A DNA stretch of 64,000 nt, taken from positions 496,001-560,000 of the forward strand of contig NW_020846655.1 in assembly GCF_003704095.1 (NCBI RefSeq), written 5' to 3'. Origin of the DNA: Pocillopora damicornis. Lineage: Eukaryota. The notes under the pieces are model-generated. The model was not told where the DNA came from, did not search any database, and saw only the letters and a program-made list of their open reading frames with translations. This document shows positions 57,830-64,000 of this stretch, one piece after another (within the stretch, counting starts at the first letter, position 1; each line of letters opens with the position of its first letter). The position numbers were made by a program, and so were the translations under genes.

Positions 57830-60405
57830 AAATTCATAATTCAAGAAAGACTCATTCGAAAGCTAGTAAGCTGTCTGGAAAAGCTAAATCATTGTTAAGA
57901 CTTCAGCCAAAGGAAACTCTTAACTTATATTTGCGTCAGTTTGCCTCCGAATCGGGACTGTTGCGACTATCATGCGTTCTTTATATTTTCTAGCTTTTTA
58001 CCGAAGCTATTTTGGTGCCAATCAGCAACTGTGTAATCCAACTGATCATTATGCAGAATATAAAAAATGTATGTAGGCGGCTCTAGGCAAAACACTCGTC
58101 AGTACGGTATGCGAGGGAGTTTGGACCACACCATCTTCTCCGCCTCCGCAATTCAAAACTAAGAACCATCGCAACTTTGTTGACACATTTTCTCGAGCCA
58201 GCAGCCGTTTAACTCATTTTATTTTAAGAGTGTACGTGGCTCCTTAGCACACTAACATACTCAACAGGGAAAGGTTATATTTCTGAGTGCTCTGAAATTT
58301 GTGCGACGCTCGTGAAATGGAATTAGCCCTAATAGAGTCAGCACCAGATTCAAACAGCAACTGGAAAGAGCCTCCTAGCTTGATTGGAAAACTGGTAAGC
58401 CTGTGTTGGTTAATATCAGAAATGCCTGTGTGCACTTTATTCCATACCTGTTAATGTCAGTTCTCAATATCAAGGCCATCAAGTGGCGAGCTGCTCTCAA
58501 AAATGTCATTCTTCAGGCTAATTTAAAATCAACATACAGAAGATATCTATAAGGAAAACCGGTGGTTGTTTTCGGTTTTTTGGGAATGTTTAGTTGTAGC
58601 AAGTTTGAGAAGAATTTGAAAAGTTCCAAATATAATCGCTGATTCCAGACTCCGGGAGTGAATAATTTCGGGATATTACCTGGTTTGAAGAGCATTCAAA
58701 AGCAATTTGCCTTCAGCTTTAATTGGAAGACTGTGATATTGAAATACCTTGTTTCTTTTGCAATTTAAGAGCCATTAAAAACGGATCAGCTTGGTTTCCC
58801 AGCAACAAACTGTGATCCTTTCAAAGGATGTGAAGATAAGAATTAGTTGGAAATATACTGTATTCGTGTTTGTCATGATTTGTTTATTACGATGTCGTGA
58901 GCCGTGGAAAATTAATGCAGATGGTTCACAACACCACATGACCTACGGCTCGTGCAATTTTGAGAACTTTCAAAACATCACTCGTGCCCATAAATCACGA
59001 AATGCACTCGCGTTCATACGATTTCCGATACAAAGAGCCAAACACTGTGCAAACTGTCGCACATCATAAGAGCGCAAGGCAACATTAGCTAAAAATAGAT
59101 ACGACTTTGTTATAGGATATGGACAAAATAGATGATCTTTGAAAAGTCAATAGAAAGTAAACAGTGCATTGGTCCATATTGCAAACAGATAAAAGTCGAT
59201 AGAAATTGATGTTATTTCATTTTATTTCGATTATCAGTATCACTCTAATCAATTTCATTCAATTTCTCAAAAAGAAAAAGAGCAATCGGAGTTGAGAACC
59301 AATAGACAAGGTCAAGCCACAAAACCTTTCCTTCAAGTATCATGCTACGAGAAAATTTACTCTATCACTGAACCAGACATTGCGGCGCCCAATAATAAAA
59401 AAATGGAGCTCTTATCGTATAATACCAAAACCACGTATGTAGATCCGTATGGTGCGTTCGGACAAAAGTGCATTTGTCCGCATTTTTGCAATCTGTCCTA
59501 TTTTTTCCTTCATAAAACAATATATCAGTGACGCACTCGCTTGCTTTAAGGGTGTCATTGACATCCTTTGTTTCTGACGAAGAAACTTAGGGAAACACAA
59601 TAGCATCCATAAACAAATCAAATTCTAAACCTACGGTGAATATAAATTAAAAGCAGTTCATGATTTATGAGACTAATTGGAAAGCTAGTTAGCTCTCTCG
59701 AAAAGATAAATCTCAAAACTTCAGCCAAGATAACTCGTGACAGCTGGCTCTTGAATCAGGAACGCTGTGACCTAACCTTTCAGATGATTGATTGGCAACA
59801 GGAATTTTCAAATCAAACCGATCATTATACAGCATTAAGAGGGCTGTGAGCACCTCTTAAAATAGCACTCCTTATTAATTGTCGGAAATATTTTGGGACA
59901 ACATTATCTTCTCCACCTCCGCATTTAAAACTAGGAACTATCGCAACTTTGTTGACGCATTTTCTCAGGCCAGCAGTGATATAGTCAACAGGGGAAGGTT
60001 ATATTTCTGAGCGCTCTGAAATCTGTGCGACGCTGGAGAAATGGATGAAGCCCTAATAAAGTCAGCACCAGATTCAAACGGCATCTGGAAAGAGCCTGCT
60101 AGCTTGATTGGAAAACTGGTAAGCCTGTGTTGGTTAATTTCAGAAATGCCTGTATGCATGAAAACACTTCATTCTACACCTGTTAATGTCAGTTTCTCAA
60201 TATCAAGGCCATCAAATGGCGAGCTGCGCTAAAAGTTGTCGTCTTTTCAGGCTACTTTAAAATTTACATACAACAGGGCAGTAAAAACACCTATAAATTA
60301 AACTAAAGTATCTATAGTTTTAAAAAAAACTGGTGATAAATTTCGGTTTTTTAAGAAAATTTAGTTGTAGAAAGTTTGATAAGAGTTTGAAAAGCTCCAA
60401 AGTAA
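57830..60405 (+). repeat. Diverged direct duplication, about 800 bp (about 57830-58635 and 59650-60405)
   Basis: Collinear shared blocks gaaagctagt..acttcagccaa, atcgcaactttgttgac, gtcagcaccagattcaaac, agcttgattggaaaactggtaagcctgtgttggttaat, tttagttgtag..aagtttga..tttgaaaag. Confidence 0.9.
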
Positions 60406-62707
60406 TTGTTAATTCTCAACTCAATTAGTGAATATGTTTTCAAGTGTAGAAGATGGATTTAGAATACCGCCTGACATAAGAGTAATAAGATCATAGAGCT
60501 CCGATTNNNNNNNNNNNNNNNNNNNNNNNNNNNNNNNNNNNNNNNNNNNNNNNNNNNNNNNNNNNNNNNNNNNNNNNNNNNNNNNNNNNNNNNNNNNNNN
60601 NNNNNNAATCAAAATCAATCAGGAAAATCAAGTTAATAATTCATTATATTGACGAAACAATGTTGGTTTCCAAATGTAGCAGTCTTCTTCTCACTTTTAT
60701 CTCCTTCCTTCTCAAATGCCAGGCGAGGTAGTATAGCGAAACAAAGAGCCCCCCACAGCCCAGCAGAGCCGTTTCCTTTGCCTTTGTATTTTGCGATCCC
60801 GTTTGTTAAGCAAAAGCTTTAGGACGAAATATTTTGGAGGAGAGTTCAAATGCTAATTTTCAGAACAGCTCTGCACGTACCTGCTAATGGTGAGGTTTTG
60901 GGCTCGCACGCGGGGTCGCAAGCATTTTAAAACCCGCAGTGCAAAGTGACGGATTCTTTCAAAACGATTTCATTCTTTACTCTGTAGTTGTCATATTTTT
61001 TCAAAAGTGTCATTACAAATTAAACCAAAACCGATTTCAAGTCTTTCTATTCAAAATACCCAACTGTTTGGAAATCAATGACCTTTGGGTAAAATTGAAA
61101 CAAAAAATTTTAAAAGAGACAGGTCCATAATAGTGGAAGAGTGTCATTTGTTGCTAGTGACAACAAGAATAACAAAAAAGTTTCAGAGACTTCATCGAGT
61201 CCTTAGCATTCCTCTCGCGGCCTCACCTTTTACGGACAAGTTGATTGTTCGCTCATCGCGCAAAGACCAAATCACTGGCAACGGATACCAAATATTTTGA
61301 GAAGAAAATTGTGAGAGAATGAATTCTTTTTTACAAACCCAGGTATGTTTCCAAGAGTAGATGCACTCATCTGTTGCGGCTGTATCAAGAGTCCAGTCTA
61401 AACCGCTCTAATGCATTCTAAAGGAAAGCTTTATTTCTATTTCTGAACAAACAAACAAAAAGATGGCGATGTGAGGTAGAAAAAAAAAATTAACTTTACA
61501 AATTCTGTACTTACGTTTTACAGAAATTTCAAGCCCCGGAGCTTATCTGTCGCGTATAATGACTCTTGTTATTCAATTAGCTGTGTTAAATTGTGGACAG
61601 ATTGAAATGTTGATACTTCAAGCTAGGTTCTTCCCATAAAACTTCTATATGTCAATGTATGGATTTTTTTTCCGTATGAGCTACGCTATGAGTAAAACAT
61701 ATTCAATAACAGATTTGAATAGAACGAAGAATATAGAGGAGCGACGCTTGGCAGCAAAGTTTAATAAAAGTGAGTAAACTGATAAACAATCATTCTGCTA
61801 TCATAATAATCGCCGGTTAAGTCTTAGTGTCTGAGAGAATTGTATTTTTCTTGCTTTACCATTTTCGTATACAAAGAGTGTCATTTCAGGACAAATAAAT
61901 TAAATATAGACCAGCTTGATTTTCTCATAAAACAGCAACTCGTGTCTTGGTAGTATGACAGATGAGTTTTTGTAACAAATGTTTGGTAACGATGTCGGCC
62001 CCTCTTTAAACAAGAGAGAAATTTATTCAAAGCCATAATTTGGGAGGAAACTTTTTTTTAAAACTCTCATGCAGGAATCTATCCATTCTGCCCCAAAATC
62101 CAAAGTAGCAACACAAAAAACTGTAATATCTGGCTCTCTCTGAGGTGAATTCTGAGGGATAAAAAAAGTATCTTATTTCAAAGCTGTCAGGTCTAAGCTG
62201 AATTTGCGTAATTAGCACTGGAAGGCCACCTGAATACACGGTAGGACATTAATAAAAATTTCGTTAATTCTGTATTACGCGTTGAATTTAAGAGCAAAAT
62301 TCGATTTGACGTTTCATAAATCTCATTTACCAAAACGATAATTTCCAAAGGTTTTTGTATACTGTTGTGCGCCGAACTGTTGAGCGCGCGGCAAAAGAGC
62401 CATACATTAATTGATATTGTGTTCACGATCATTTTCCTTGCATAGCATACTGCTCATGAGCCGTTACCATGGGATATAGGCGGCAAAAGGTTTCACTCGT
62501 GATGCAAGTTTGAGTGGACTGTGAAATCCAAAACATCCGTTCGTTTTGGAAAATCTAATGTAAGTTCATCTGTGAAACGCAGAGAAAATTTCATTCTTCA
62601 CGTACTCCGCTCACAGTCTTTTTATTTATTTTTTATTTATTTTTTGATTTTTTAAAATCAATGGTAAAAAAGAAATGAAAACTATTTTAAACTCAAGAGC
62701 AAAAATC

Positions 62708-62780
62708 TGGAGGATCCGGGCATCGATCCCGGTACCTCCCGCATGCTAAGCGGGCGCTCTACCATTTGAGCTAATCCCCC
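62708..62780 (-). tRNA. trnA: tRNA-Ala (anticodon AGC)
   Basis: GGGGGATTAGCTCAAATGGTAGAGCGCCCGCTTAGCATGCGGGAGGTACCGGGATCGATGCCCGGATCCTCCA: 73-nt cloverleaf, anticodon arm CCCGC-TT-AGC-AT-GCGGG, G3:U70 Ala identity pair, and a TTTTT Pol III terminator just downstream. Confidence 0.96.
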
Positions 62781-64000
62781 ATTCATAAGGAATCTTCTCT
62801 GATTTATAATATGTGTCTTTAGTGCAGACACCTCTCTAACAGTAAAGAGAGTTTCCGCCGGGTGCTCCGACAAAATTATAATATATATTTTTTTCTGATA
62901 TGAAAATAATAATAATAATAGTATCAAACTTGATGTCATTCATTTCTTTGAAAAACCGATTCACGAAAGGTTTACAAAGGAATGCCACAGACAATTTGAA
63001 GACTTGCAATTTTTAAGATATGCACCCAGATTTTAAAAAAACTACTCGTTACAGTTTGCTACTACATGTTGTCGAAAGACTATTCTAAGAATTAAAGAAA
63101 AGTGATAATTTTCTTGGTATACCATTGCTTTGTAGCTCTGGTTTTGTTCTTCTGTGAGACAGCGTCCTAATAAATCAAAATGTGCGCCTGTTTTTGTTAC
63201 TATACATTTGAAAACTGTCTGTGGAATCGTATAAGTGACGTCATAGTCGTGACCTATCAGCAAAACAGACACCCCTCCAATACGGGCAATTTGCTCTGTT
63301 CCTTTACCCTCCTTGTTTGGAAGGTTTGACTGTATTTTGAAAGATTTCAAGCATGTGGAGTATATAACTGAAGAAAGCAGTGGGGTGGGATCATGATCAC
63401 CTTTGCACGACTGATTTTATTTCACCTACGGTTGTAATCGATATATGTGCAAACAAAAGTAAAACGTCACTTCCCTGGCTTACAAAGTCACCAAAAAACT
63501 TATAAATTGTCAAACAAAGAGGCCAACCGAACAAACTGAATGGCAATAAATGGAAAAGAAATTTATGTCATCAAAACTGAAGAAGCGTCATGTGTTTCGA
63601 TATTTGAATGTCTCATTACGCAAGTGTTAGTTTAGAGTCACGAAGATAACTGGACTTTTACTAAAGAACGTTCCTCAGGGATATCCTGAGAACGTAAATA
63701 CCTAAGATATGAGAATCTCAATCTCTATCAGGCCTTCATCTGGTATTCCGAATATATACAGTTATTTGTGATACTATTTAAGTAGAAATGCTAATTGTTG
63801 CCTCTCCAAATATATTACATTAGAATCGATTTGCATATCAATAAACTATTGTAAACATACCCACGTCACCGTTGGTGAAGTAGCTTTAAGTCTGTTCGGT
63901 GGTGGGACACATGTCAATAAATTGATTGTTAAGCATGTTTTGAGTTAGGTGCAAACAAACTTTCGGAGCATCCGCAAAATGAAAGAAATAACTTTGTTCC

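Noticed and set aside
62682-62939. 85-aa minus-strand ORF
   Set aside because: It is a read-through of the tRNA-Ala gene and AT-rich flanks.

Overview
Eukaryotic, AT-rich animal genomic DNA from a scaffolded assembly (three 100-N gaps at 25594-25693, 55096-55195, 60507-60606). The gene content and the style of the repeats (SINE, MITEs, Penelope-type hammerheads) suggest an anthozoan cnidarian, probably a stony coral; this is an inference. The window has nine protein-coding genes, all with an uninterrupted CDS. Six are divergent Tctex1-domain (dynein light chain Tctex-type) paralogs spread over about 46 kb, and most carry basic RRxS-rich N-terminal extensions. A nanos gene and a CALHM-family channel with an internally duplicated C-terminal module lie inside this array, and an ANKRD34/63-like ankyrin gene flanks it. 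Also present: a tRNA-Ala(AGC), a dead piggyBac transposase, two dead Penelope-like retroelements (one with a twin-priming-type inversion enclosed by a 112-bp inverted repeat), minimal hammerhead ribozyme motifs, several MITEs and SINEs, and local duplications. The most notable item is the Tctex1-domain cluster wrapped around nanos, including a divergent paralog pair.
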